Shown here: positions 1 through 8,512 of the stretch, in pieces
Layout: each line of letters opens with the position of its first letter
Position numbering within the stretch: the first letter of the stretch is position 1
From: Bacteroidales bacterium
Lineage (GTDB): Bacteria > Bacteroidota > Bacteroidia > Bacteroidales > WCHB1-69
Length of the DNA stretch: 63,430 bases
Direction: 5' to 3'
Assembly: GCA_024400815.1 (NCBI GenBank)
Contig: JAKSMD010000004.1
Span: forward strand, 1 to 63,430
Made by a program: the position numbers and the translations under genes
Notes under the pieces: generated by a model
Told to the model about the DNA's origin: nothing
What the model saw: the letters and a program-made list of their open reading frames with translations, nothing else
The model's database searches: none

Positions 1-52
1 TATTTCGATAACCAGCTGGTTCTCTTTTAGTTGCTTATATCGAACTCACGTT
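1..52 (+). mobile_element. Right end of a probable IS982-family insertion sequence (transposase C-terminus plus right inverted repeat)
   Basis: 1-30 reads YFDNQLVLF*, resembling the QLxLF* tail of Bacteroidetes IS982 transposases. It is followed by ATCGAACTCACGTT (39-52), the reverse complement of AACGTGAGTTCGAT, which resembles IS195/IS982-type ends as I recall them. The rest lies outside the window. Confidence 0.6.
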
Positions 53-210
53 AATCTATATTTCAAAATCTTGATTCCTCGGTAGCTAAAGTATAATTGA
101 GTAGGACTCAAAAAACAGTGGCAAAAATACTGCTTTTGCGGAATAATAAATATGTGCTTTCGAAATAATAGACGATATTTCACAAAAGATTTTGGAATGT
201 TATAAAATTT

Positions 211-676
211 GGCAACTATATATTTGTTGACCTATTAATAACAGAGCATCACGGGGCAGCAGTACCTTCGGCAACCCCAGAGGGGTTGAATCTCTGTAAC
301 CCGGGTAAGACCGTAAAGGCAATGGGGGGGCGCAATCTGGAGAGGAATGGCGACGTACGGAGGTGGCGGCGCGGGATGGCGTGCGCCGAAGAACCACACT
401 TGCTGTCGCTGCCTTTCTGGAAAGCAAATAAAAGCAAATCGGAAGCGAATAGAGCCCACGACCTATGCGATGGAGGACCGCGGCAGCGATTGAAGCACAT
501 TTACTTGCGTGCGGGTGGGGAATGAATAATGAACAATGAACAATGAATAATGGTGTGGGTGGGCAGCAAGTTAGTGCAAAAAGCGCGACGGCACGGCGTT
601 GGAATGTGGGGTGGCGGTGCCGGGCCGCCCAAATCTATAAAATCAAAAAAAACGGGTCAACAAGTATATAGTTGCA
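211..676. mobile_element. Non-autonomous MITE-like element with IS1595-family-like ends
   Basis: Inverted repeats GCAACTATATATTTGTTGACC (212-232) and GGTCAACAAGTATATAGTTGC (655-675) match at 20/21 positions. Direct repeat TAAAATTT flanks the element at 203-210 and 677-684 (9 bp ATAAAATTT if 202 and 676 are included). The interior is GC-rich with no credible ORF. Confidence 0.8.
521..552. repeat. Heptamer tandem array (AATGAAY)x4.5 inside the MITE
   Basis: AATGAAT AATGAAC AATGAAC AATGAAT AATG. Confidence 0.85.
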
Positions 677-686
677 TAAAATTTAC

Positions 687-724
687 TATTTTTGCATCTG
701 TTTTAATTTTGTAATCAGTACAAA
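687..724 (+). promoter_or_regulatory. Bacteroidetes -7 box plus putative PerR/Fur operator
   Basis: TATTTTTG (687-694) fits TAnnTTTG. Perfect inverted repeat TTTGTA-ATCAG-TACAAA (708-724) lies just before the perR ATG at 732. Confidence 0.6.
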
Positions 725-731
725 TTTCTAT

Positions 732-1157
732 ATGGAAAAAGTACAGGAATATCTGATGTCCAAGGGGATTCGTCCTTCTCCTCAGCGCATTGCAATTATG
801 AACTATTTGCTCGACAATTGCAATCACCCTACGGTAGAGGCCGTATACGATGCGCTTCATACTTCTATGCCGACATTGTCGAAGACAACGGTTTACAATA
901 CTTTGAAACTGTTTGAAGAAAAGAAGGTAGTGCAGCTATTGAATATTGATGAGAGAAATGTCCGTTTGGATGCCACGATGGAGCCCCACGCGCACTTTCA
1001 ATGTATGCGTTGTGGGAAGATATTTGATGTGTCTGTGAAAAATGGCGGTAAGATGGCCGAACTTTTGAGAATGAATGAAATGACGGGCTTTGAGGTGCAG
1101 CAGACGCAAATTTATTACAAAGGGATTTGTCCGCATTGCCAATCTGAAAAAGAATAA
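732..1157 (+). CDS. perR: Fur-family transcriptional repressor, PerR-like
   Basis: [38 protein letters not shown] and GICPHC motifs; directly upstream of rubrerythrin. ATG 732 preferred over the ORF-track start at 672. Confidence 0.9.
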   Translation: MEKVQEYLMSKGIRPSPQRIAIMNYLLDNCNHPTVEAVYDALHTSMPTLSKTTVYNTLKLFEEKKVVQLLNIDERNVRLDATMEPHAHFQCMRCGKIFDVSVKNGGKMAELLRMNEMTGFEVQQTQIYYKGICPHCQSEKE

Positions 1158-1198
1158 CAATAATCAATTTAATACATAACACTTTAAAAAAGAAAATT

Positions 1199-1855
1199 AT
1201 GACAAAGTACAAATGCAAAGTTTGCGGCGAAATTTTTGAAGTCGCTGATGGACAGGAAGCTGTATGTCCTCGTTGCCGTAAGTCTGGTAACGACTTGGAA
1301 GTTGTAACGGAAACGAAGTCCAATCCGTATGCTGGCACGCAAACGGAAAAGAATTTGGAAGCCGCTTTTGCCGGTGAATCTCAAGCCAGAAATAAGTACA
1401 CTTATTTCGCATCCAAAGCCAAGAAAGAGGGTTACGAGCAAATCGCAGCTCTTTTCTTGCAAACGGCTGACAATGAAAAAGAGCACGCTAAAATGTGGTT
1501 CAAGGAATTGAATGGCATAGGCGACACTGCAGAAAACCTGGCTGCTGCCGCTGCTGGCGAAAACTACGAATGGACCGATATGTACGAAGGTTTTGCAAAG
1601 ACTGCAGAAGCTGAAGGCTTTGCTGAATTAGCTAAGAAATTCCGCCTGGTGGCTGCTATTGAAAAACGCCACGAGGAACGCTATCGCGCTTTATTGAAGA
1701 ATGTGGAAACCGCTCAAGTATTTGAAAAGAGCGAAGTTAAGGTTTGGGAATGCCGCAACTGCGGTCATATCGTAGTGGGCACCAAAGCACCCGAAGTTTG
1801 CCCTACTTGTGCTCATCCGCAATCCTATTTTGAAATTCACCTCGAAAACTACTAA
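1199..1855 (+). CDS. rbr: Rubrerythrin with extra N-terminal rubredoxin-like Zn/Fe ribbon
   Basis: N-terminal CKVC..CPRC; diiron motifs [21 protein letters not shown] and EKRH; C-terminal WECRNCG..CPTCAHP. Confidence 0.95.
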   Translation: MTKYKCKVCGEIFEVADGQEAVCPRCRKSGNDLEVVTETKSNPYAGTQTEKNLEAAFAGESQARNKYTYFASKAKKEGYEQIAALFLQTADNEKEHAKMWFKELNGIGDTAENLAAAAAGENYEWTDMYEGFAKTAEAEGFAELAKKFRLVAAIEKRHEERYRALLKNVETAQVFEKSEVKVWECRNCGHIVVGTKAPEVCPTCAHPQSYFEIHLENY

Positions 1856-1877
1856 TCGTTATTGAGACGAAATGAAT

Positions 1878-1916
1878 AAAGCGGGACCGATCAACATCGG
1901 CCCCGCTTTGTGTTTT
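1878..1916 (+). terminator. Rho-independent terminator after rbr
   Basis: AAAGCGGGACCGAT-CAAC-ATCGGCCCCGCTTT hairpin followed by a T-rich tail. Confidence 0.8.
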
Positions 1917-1979
1917 GCGCAGAACATCACCTTTGTTTAGGGCAGCTCAACGCTGGCGACCCAAAGGCATGTCAAATCA

Positions 1980-3206
1980 TCATTCGTCATAATATTTCCT
2001 CCACTCATCAAATGCGCCATTCCACCGTTTGCTTCTGAGTTTGCGTAATTGGGCAAAACGTTGGGGCAGATGATGATACAAATAGATGTAATCGTCAAAG
2101 ACCGCTTCGGCCAATTCTCCATCCACATACTCTCCCATACGCATATAGGCTTCCAACACGTTCGTGCTGTCGGTCGCCGCGTACTTACGAATAATTTCTG
2201 TGGGATCAAAAGGCTTGGTGGTATCTTCTTCTATTTCAACAATATCGTAATAAATACTCATCTCCAATTCACTGGATGGGATGATATCGCAAAGTGCTGC
2301 GGCAGTGATTTCCTCTTTGGGTGTACGCAACAATGCTCGCAGTCGCGTGGCATAGGGCGTGGTGTAATCTTGAATATGCATCCACCACGTTTCATCCACT
2401 TCATTGAGTTTTCGAAGGGAGTCATATTGTGGCGTCCCCCAATGTGCATACAAAAGTTCATCATAAAGTTTCCACCCAAAATCAACATATTTTTCATGGG
2501 GATAGAACTCTGCAACTCCCGTATCAAGTGCTTCGGAGTCCGGAATGCGAAAGTCGCCCCAGTTGCATTTTTCCTTTTGTTTCAAATCGTACGATGTCCA
2601 GGTACCTTCGTACTGGTTGTTGCAGTAGCCGTCGGCAACAGCCCAAAAGGCATCATAGTAATATCGTCCGTGACGCCTGGCATAGTCGAAAGAGGCCCGT
2701 CCGGATAGAATGCCGGCACCCGCGCAGTTGGTGTCTTCGTTGAAAACATAATGGGCAAAGATGGTACCTTCTTCTTCCGCTAATTCGGGAAATTCCCAAT
2801 CTTTGTATGTAGTAGCGGAATCCAGTACGATATGCCCGGAGAAATAGCGGATAGTATCGCGGCATCGCGTGTATCCGTTCACCAGATAGTCGCCGTTACC
2901 GAGATGTTTCACGTTGTTGTAATGGATATAGAATCTTTGAAAATTGGGGCCACGATAGCCAATAGGTTCTATATGGCCGAATTTAATGAGGCACAAAGAA
3001 TCTTCGGCAGCGTAAGTATTTGTGCTGTCAATCCATATTTCGGATTCCATAAACACCGTGTCGTGGCAGATGATGGATTGCGAGAGATCCGCTTGTCGAA
3101 GCTGTTGAATGGTGACGTCTTGAGCCTTAGGCTGTTGGCACGCTATTAGGACCAGCAGGAAAGGCAGTATGGCTGGGACGAAATGTGGGAATAGCTTGTG
3201 GTTCAT
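1980..3206 (-). CDS. Hypothetical lipoprotein
   Basis: 408-aa ORF with signal peptide ending LIAC; aromatic-rich blocks (QRFYIHY, NNQYEGTW, CNWGDFRIP); TAnnTTTG box upstream. Confidence 0.75.
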   Translation of the reverse strand: MNHKLFPHFVPAILPFLLVLIACQQPKAQDVTIQQLRQADLSQSIICHDTVFMESEIWIDSTNTYAAEDSLCLIKFGHIEPIGYRGPNFQRFYIHYNNVKHLGNGDYLVNGYTRCRDTIRYFSGHIVLDSATTYKDWEFPELAEEEGTIFAHYVFNEDTNCAGAGILSGRASFDYARRHGRYYYDAFWAVADGYCNNQYEGTWTSYDLKQKEKCNWGDFRIPDSEALDTGVAEFYPHEKYVDFGWKLYDELLYAHWGTPQYDSLRKLNEVDETWWMHIQDYTTPYATRLRALLRTPKEEITAAALCDIIPSSELEMSIYYDIVEIEEDTTKPFDPTEIIRKYAATDSTNVLEAYMRMGEYVDGELAEAVFDDYIYLYHHLPQRFAQLRKLRSKRWNGAFDEWRKYYDE

Positions 3207-3254
3207 AATGGAGTTTGATTAAAAATTGTGGGTGGCAAAAATAAAAAATTTTCA

Positions 3255-3785
3255 TTACCGATTCCTTATTTTCATCACGCGCACTTTCTTGTCTCTGCCT
3301 ACTAAGAGCTTGGGACATTCAGTTTCGATGTCGCAGTCGGTGAATCCGCACTTCTCCATCACTCTGCGGGATGCGGGATTGTCGATGAAGTAGTCGCCCC
3401 AGAGTGTGGCAAAGCCCTTTTCGCAGAAACAGTATTCCACTACGGCGTGCAGGGCTTCGGTACAGATACCTTTGTTCCAATGGGGTGCGCCGACCCAATA
3501 GCCGACTTCGGCTTCGTTTTCGTCAATGGGGATGTTGCTGGCTTCCTGCGGCAGATAACCGACACAGCCAATGGGTTCGTCAGTCTCCAATAGCACAATG
3601 GCCCACATGCCTTCGCCGTGGAAGATGGTGCGGATAAATTCCAAGCTTTCGGCTTCGCTTTGGTGCGGTGGCCAGCCCGCGCGCGGTCCGACTTCCGTAT
3701 CGGAAGCATATTTGAACAATGCCGGCGCGTCGTTTTCGCGCCAGGGACGGAGTAACAGTCTTTCGGTTTTAATTTGAGTTTCCAT
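3255..3785 (-). CDS. GNAT N-acetyltransferase, RimJ/RimL (Acetyltransf_3) type
   Basis: IKTERLLLRPW, EVGYWVG..HWNKGICTEAL and NPASRRVMEKCGF motifs. Confidence 0.9.
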   Translation of the reverse strand: METQIKTERLLLRPWRENDAPALFKYASDTEVGPRAGWPPHQSEAESLEFIRTIFHGEGMWAIVLLETDEPIGCVGYLPQEASNIPIDENEAEVGYWVGAPHWNKGICTEALHAVVEYCFCEKGFATLWGDYFIDNPASRRVMEKCGFTDCDIETECPKLLVGRDKKVRVMKIRNR

Positions 3786-3838
3786 AATGGCGAGCAATCT
3801 GTTTGCAAAAGTACGCTTTTTTTATTTTTTGCAAGTTA

Positions 3839-4462
3839 TTATACAGAGATCGTCCGTATCGTTTCCTGCAGCTTTTCCAAGAAACTTGCCGCATCCATAC
3901 CGTCCATCTGCACGTGATGGAATTGGAAAGAAACGGGCACCACTATTTTCCACAAATGCTTTCGATACTTTCCCCACATCACCATAGGATTGCTGAATAA
4001 TTCCGTGTATTGGTTGACAATGCAATCGAGCTCAGTGGCCGGCATCGTGGAGGTGCCGATGACCATGTCGTCTTCACGGAAGGAACTTTCGCAGTTCTCG
4101 GCCACTGATTTCGTCAACTCCAGATAGTCGCGATTGAACTGCTGCAGGTCGTCGGTGACGTGGATGTCGCAGGAATTGATGCCGCCCTGCCGATTGGGCA
4201 CGATGACATTGACAGCCAACGTATCGTATTGCAACATTTTGTCTTTTTGCGGCAGCAGATAGAATTCCCTGATGGCACTGGCCGCCTGACCGATGCAGTA
4301 GCACATTAGCATATTGAGTTTTAGATTCTTTTTCTTACTTATTCGCACCAAATGACGGATGTCGAAGGTCTTGGTCAGCGTGACCATCGGCATAGGCGAT
4401 TTCATCCAAAGTTCAAAGGCTTTGGCGCGAGGAGTGGTTTGAGGATCAATGGTTTGTGTCAT
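3839..4462 (-). CDS. CatA-like O-acetyltransferase (chloramphenicol acetyltransferase fold)
   Basis: PMVTLTKTFDI, WGKY and PVSFQFHHVQMDG (CAT-type HHxxxDG catalytic His); start codon overlaps the upstream stop. Confidence 0.8.
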   Translation of the reverse strand: MTQTIDPQTTPRAKAFELWMKSPMPMVTLTKTFDIRHLVRISKKKNLKLNMLMCYCIGQAASAIREFYLLPQKDKMLQYDTLAVNVIVPNRQGGINSCDIHVTDDLQQFNRDYLELTKSVAENCESSFREDDMVIGTSTMPATELDCIVNQYTELFSNPMVMWGKYRKHLWKIVVPVSFQFHHVQMDGMDAASFLEKLQETIRTISV

Positions 4463-4743
4463 TTCGATGCTGTTTTTTTCGGAAACCAACCTTTTTCAAC
4501 TCTTTTTTTCTGCTGGAAAAGTTCAAGTATGCTCCAAAAACAGGAAAAGGCAAAGATGCCAAGAAGGATGGAGGCCTGTATGTTTTTGACGCACAGAGAT
4601 GCTATTACTCCGATAAGACCGACAAGGGCGAACATCCACCAGCATTTGGTGCCGAGATGATATTCTGCTTTAATGACAATCGGATGGAAAAGTCCGATGA
4701 GCATAAAACTTGCGAGTCCGATGATGATGCCAGAGAAATTCAT
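4459..4743 (-). CDS. DUF4491-family small membrane protein
   Basis: IGLFHPIVIKAEY, FWSILELFQQKKRVEKGWFP; three hydrophobic segments. Confidence 0.8.
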   Translation of the reverse strand: MNFSGIIIGLASFMLIGLFHPIVIKAEYHLGTKCWWMFALVGLIGVIASLCVKNIQASILLGIFAFSCFWSILELFQQKKRVEKGWFPKKTASK

Positions 4744-4932
4744 GAGGATCGTTGTATTTTTTTCAATATATTTTTTGCAAAAATACAATTTTTGAAATTT
4801 TGTACTTCAGGAAAATAATTAAGGCTTTAATATGCGAGTATTATTATTTGTCATTGTTTTTTTATTTTTGCATCGTTTTTTAACGACAAGTAACATATTT
4901 CTTTTATTGTAAAAAAAAAGCATTAATAAGCA

Positions 4933-6237
4933 ATGAAAAATAGATTTCCGCATTTAATATGGATGTTGCTGATATTGGTGGTTGTGGTCACCAGTTGTCA
5001 TAAGCCCGAAGGAGAATGGGTGGATCAATTCGCTGGCGATTTGAGCAAACTGCCCAATGTTGTTTCTGTGGTACGAGAAGAAAGTCCTGACTTTGCCGTC
5101 AAATTCAAAGTCTTTTTTGAGCAGCCCATCGACCACGACCATCCAAGTGCAGGTACTTTTAAGCAGCTGGTCTATGTGTGCCTTGAGCATCCCGACAGTT
5201 TGAACGTTTTAATCACGGAAGGATATTATGCTTTTGATGCTCGGTCGCCGCACGAATTGACCACTATGTTTCACGGCAACCAGATTGTGGTGGAACATCG
5301 TTATTATGGGGAATCTACCATCAATGACCCTGATTTTCGTTACAATGACGCGGAGAATTCGTGCGATGACCTCCATGCTATTGTTATGGAACTCAAATCT
5401 CTCCTTTCCGGGAAATGGGTTTCTACCGGGCGCAGCAAGAGCGGCCTGACCTGCAATATGTACCGTGCTTATTATCCCTACGATGTGGATGTTACAGTCC
5501 CTTACGGTTCTCCTTTCTGCCAAAGTCGTTATGATAATCGTGTGGCGCAAGCGTTGAAGACTACCATTGGCACTCCGGAGGCGCGTGCCAAAGTGACTGC
5601 CTTCCAACGCGAAGTGCTGAGTCGCCGCGAGGTGATGGCGCGCAAATGGGATTCCACGGCCACAGCCCAAGGCGTTCAACTCAAGCTCACTGCTGACAAA
5701 ATGTTAGATATCAATATGATGGACTTCAAAGTCGGTTTTTGGCAATTTGGGTTCGATGTCAATGATATTCCTGAACCCACTGCCTCCGATGATGAGATTT
5801 TCAACTATCTGATTTCCATATCAGGTCCCGATGCCTGGGATCTCAATTATGATGTGAACAAGTATTATACCGAAGCTTATAAGGAGTTGGGTCACTATGC
5901 TTTGCCCACCGACGGCATTGAGGATTTATTGGTGGTGGATGATTATATTCTCCAGGATTTTCTGAAATATGCCTTTGTCCCCGATGGCGTTCCCAACACC
6001 TTTTCAACGGCTATGCACCAGAAGGTGGATGCGTTTCTGCGCCAAACGGATGCCAAGTACATATTCATTTACGGCGGTTGGGATCCTTGGTGTTATGTGG
6101 GTATCGGTCCGGAATATGTGCGGAGCAACATCCATCGCTATGTCCTGCCAACGGGTGCTCATCACACAAACATCTCCAACTTTGACCCGGCCACGCAGGC
6201 TGAAATCAAGGGGCTTTTAGAGAAGTGGTTGAGGTAG
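4933..6237 (+). CDS. Lipoprotein serine peptidase, S37/S28 (PS-10 tripeptidyl aminopeptidase-like)
   Basis: Lipobox TSC; EQPIDH..GTFKQ, VEHRYYGES, WVSTGRSKSG nucleophile region, IFIYGGWDPW, GAHH. Confidence 0.85.
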   Translation: MKNRFPHLIWMLLILVVVVTSCHKPEGEWVDQFAGDLSKLPNVVSVVREESPDFAVKFKVFFEQPIDHDHPSAGTFKQLVYVCLEHPDSLNVLITEGYYAFDARSPHELTTMFHGNQIVVEHRYYGESTINDPDFRYNDAENSCDDLHAIVMELKSLLSGKWVSTGRSKSGLTCNMYRAYYPYDVDVTVPYGSPFCQSRYDNRVAQALKTTIGTPEARAKVTAFQREVLSRREVMARKWDSTATAQGVQLKLTADKMLDINMMDFKVGFWQFGFDVNDIPEPTASDDEIFNYLISISGPDAWDLNYDVNKYYTEAYKELGHYALPTDGIEDLLVVDDYILQDFLKYAFVPDGVPNTFSTAMHQKVDAFLRQTDAKYIFIYGGWDPWCYVGIGPEYVRSNIHRYVLPTGAHHTNISNFDPATQAEIKGLLEKWLR

Positions 6238-6243
6238 GAACAA

Positions 6244-6341
6244 CCTATTTTAGGCTGCCTAATTTAGGCAAAAATTTTGACCTAAAATAGGTAATAATTC
6301 TATTAAGTTCACCTTAACTCAGTTCACTGCTCACAGTTCAT
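6244..6341. repeat. CCTAWWWTAGG palindrome triplet and AGTTCAC-type heptamer remnants between convergent genes
   Basis: CCTATTTTAGG (6244), CCTAATTTAGG (6258), CCTAAAATAGG (6281); AGTTCAC/TGCTCAC/AGTTCAT at 6306-6341. Confidence 0.6.
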
Positions 6342-6357
6342 ATAGTTGTGCAAAGTA

Positions 6358-6933
6358 TTATTCTTTTGCATAAAATGTCTGTTTTGGGCCAGTGTCGTTC
6401 ATTAAAATCGACTTATCCTTATAGCGAACTAAATAGAGGAAAATATCATAGATGTCACCCACACATCCGCTTAAATGAATGCCGAAAAGCAGGGCTATCA
6501 TCAAATGCCAATTGGGAGCATCCACTATACACAAAAGAACTATGAAAAACATTGAAAACAACACTAACGGGGCAGCCAAAGATAGTAAAGCAGTCTTTCT
6601 ATAAACAAAAATATTTGGCACACCACAATAGGCCACCGCCAAGGAAAATCCGTATTTGAGTTTTTGATGTGTGCAAACTTTGTAAACTAATCCGTGTAAC
6701 AGCTCATGCGCAATGATATAGCCTATCATTCCGAGAATAAAAGTCCCTATTATCTTGTCATCTGACATAATATGCAAATTGATAGGGGTGAATACGGAAA
6801 GAATGGCCAAATAAAGTCCTATTATCAATAAAGAAACAAGTGACAATTTTCTCATTGTCTTTTTATCATTTGCATCAATAGCAAACACTTCTACATATCC
6901 TTCAGGAAGACTCTTTTCAAAATTCTTATTCAT
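6358..6933 (-). CDS. DUF3267-family putative membrane zincin peptidase
   Basis: HELLH motif, KYGFS, LAAPLV, GCVGDIY; several transmembrane segments; AT-rich. Confidence 0.8.
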   Translation of the reverse strand: MNKNFEKSLPEGYVEVFAIDANDKKTMRKLSLVSLLIIGLYLAILSVFTPINLHIMSDDKIIGTFILGMIGYIIAHELLHGLVYKVCTHQKLKYGFSLAVAYCGVPNIFVYRKTALLSLAAPLVLFSMFFIVLLCIVDAPNWHLMIALLFGIHLSGCVGDIYDIFLYLVRYKDKSILMNDTGPKQTFYAKE

Positions 6934-6953
6934 AAACTTATTTCTATTAATAC

Positions 6954-8375
6954 CTACCTCTCAAACCACCGCAGCACTTTCAGTTTCTTCTCTCCAATTT
7001 TTCCGCCGTACGGATGTTCGCGCAGGGGCAGATTGCAGCAGGTTGCGCCCGTCAGCGCGGTGCTCGGGTGCGTAAACTCGCGGAAGCCCCACTCGCCGTG
7101 GTACGCGCCCATGCCGGAGTGGCCTGTGCCGTTGAACGGCACGCCTTTGACCATCAGGTGCACGCACACTTCGTTGATGCAGCCGCCTCCATACTGCAGT
7201 GAACGCATTATTCGGTTGGCCCAGCGCTTGTCTTTCGTAAAAAGATAGAGCGCCAACGGATGCTCGCGTTCCGCAATCATGGCCATCATCTCATCAATCT
7301 CGCTGTCCTTGAACGGCACTATCGGCAACAGCGGACAGAACAGTTCGTGCATCACGATTGGTTCGTCTTTCTGCACAGGATAGATGATGGTTGGGGCGTA
7401 ACGCCGGGTATCTCTGTCGCCTACTCCACCGTAAACAATGCGCTCGCGGTACTCGTCGGCTTCACGCGCACACTTGTCGTAGGCGCTTTCCGTGATGAGT
7501 TTGGGATAGTCTGGATTTTCCAGCGGATGCTCGCCAATCTGGCGGGTAAACTCCGCCTTCAGCGCGTAGATGAACGACTCGGCAATCTCCTCTGCCACGG
7601 CAATCTGGTTGATGTTGATGCAGATTTGTCCGGCATTGCAGAGTTTGAAGAAGGCGATTTTGCGCGCCGCGTCCCGAATGTCGGCATCCTTGCGAACCAC
7701 GCACCAGTTGCCGGTTTCTCCGCCCAGTTCCAATGCCACGGGCGTGAGGTTTTGGGCGGCCTCCGCCAACACGTGTTTGCCCACTGCCGGCGAGCCGGTG
7801 TAGAAGATCTTGTCGAAGCGCTGCGCCAAGCACATATCGGCCACATCGTGACCGCCGTCCACGAGCGTGACGAACTCCGGCGGGAAGACCTCGGCGACGA
7901 ACTTCTTGAGTGCGGCGGTGCAGGCTGCCGACTTGGAACTGGCTTTCACCACCACGGTGTTGCCGCCGCAGATGCTGGCCGCCACCACGCCCAGCGTGAG
8001 CAGTATCGGAAAGTTGAACGGGCTGATGACCAACGTAACGCCGTAGGGCATCTTATAGACTTTGGTAACCAGGCTGGGGAAGCACATAAAGCCGCTGAAG
8101 TGCCGCTCGGGACGTGCCCAGCGTTTCAGTCCGCGAATCATCTCGTTGATTTCCACAATGGTCGGGCCGATGTCGCAGAGGTAGGCCTCCACGGCGCTGC
8201 GCCCGAGGTCCTCGTGCAGGGCGTCTTCAAATTCTTGTTCGTGCGCAGCGACCGCGTCGCGCAATTTCTTCAACTGGCGGATGCGCCAATTCACGTCAAG
8301 GGTTGCGCCCGTGCGGAAGAAGTTCCGCTGTTGGGCAACGATGTTCTGGAGATCATCGTGGGTATAATACATCAT
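6954..8375 (-). CDS. NAD(P)-dependent aldehyde dehydrogenase (ALDH3-like)
   Basis: ISPFNFP, YTGSPAVGK, LELGG, NAGQICI (catalytic Cys), HELFCP, HPLALY, PFNGTGHSGMGAYHG. Confidence 0.92.
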   Translation of the reverse strand: MMYYTHDDLQNIVAQQRNFFRTGATLDVNWRIRQLKKLRDAVAAHEQEFEDALHEDLGRSAVEAYLCDIGPTIVEINEMIRGLKRWARPERHFSGFMCFPSLVTKVYKMPYGVTLVISPFNFPILLTLGVVAASICGGNTVVVKASSKSAACTAALKKFVAEVFPPEFVTLVDGGHDVADMCLAQRFDKIFYTGSPAVGKHVLAEAAQNLTPVALELGGETGNWCVVRKDADIRDAARKIAFFKLCNAGQICININQIAVAEEIAESFIYALKAEFTRQIGEHPLENPDYPKLITESAYDKCAREADEYRERIVYGGVGDRDTRRYAPTIIYPVQKDEPIVMHELFCPLLPIVPFKDSEIDEMMAMIAEREHPLALYLFTKDKRWANRIMRSLQYGGGCINEVCVHLMVKGVPFNGTGHSGMGAYHGEWGFREFTHPSTALTGATCCNLPLREHPYGGKIGEKKLKVLRWFER

Positions 8376-8512
8376 ATAGGGTCGGTTTTGAGGCGCGAAA
8401 ATACAAGAAAATCTCCTTGCTTTTTCAAAATTCGCATTTGACACTTTGCACAAAAAACATATCTTTGCCTCGCTGTTTTCTTTTTTCAACAAATCCTTTA
8501 AAAATCTGCAAT

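Noticed and set aside
200-525. Short ORFs of 74-83 aa inside the MITE
   Set aside because: They overlap on both strands, show no recognisable motifs and have mostly non-ATG starts.
212-675. Invertible promoter (invertase-controlled switch)
   Set aside because: The flanking 8-9 bp direct repeat fits transposition better, the -7 box lies outside the inverted repeats, and no recombinase is nearby. It is not fully excluded without reads.
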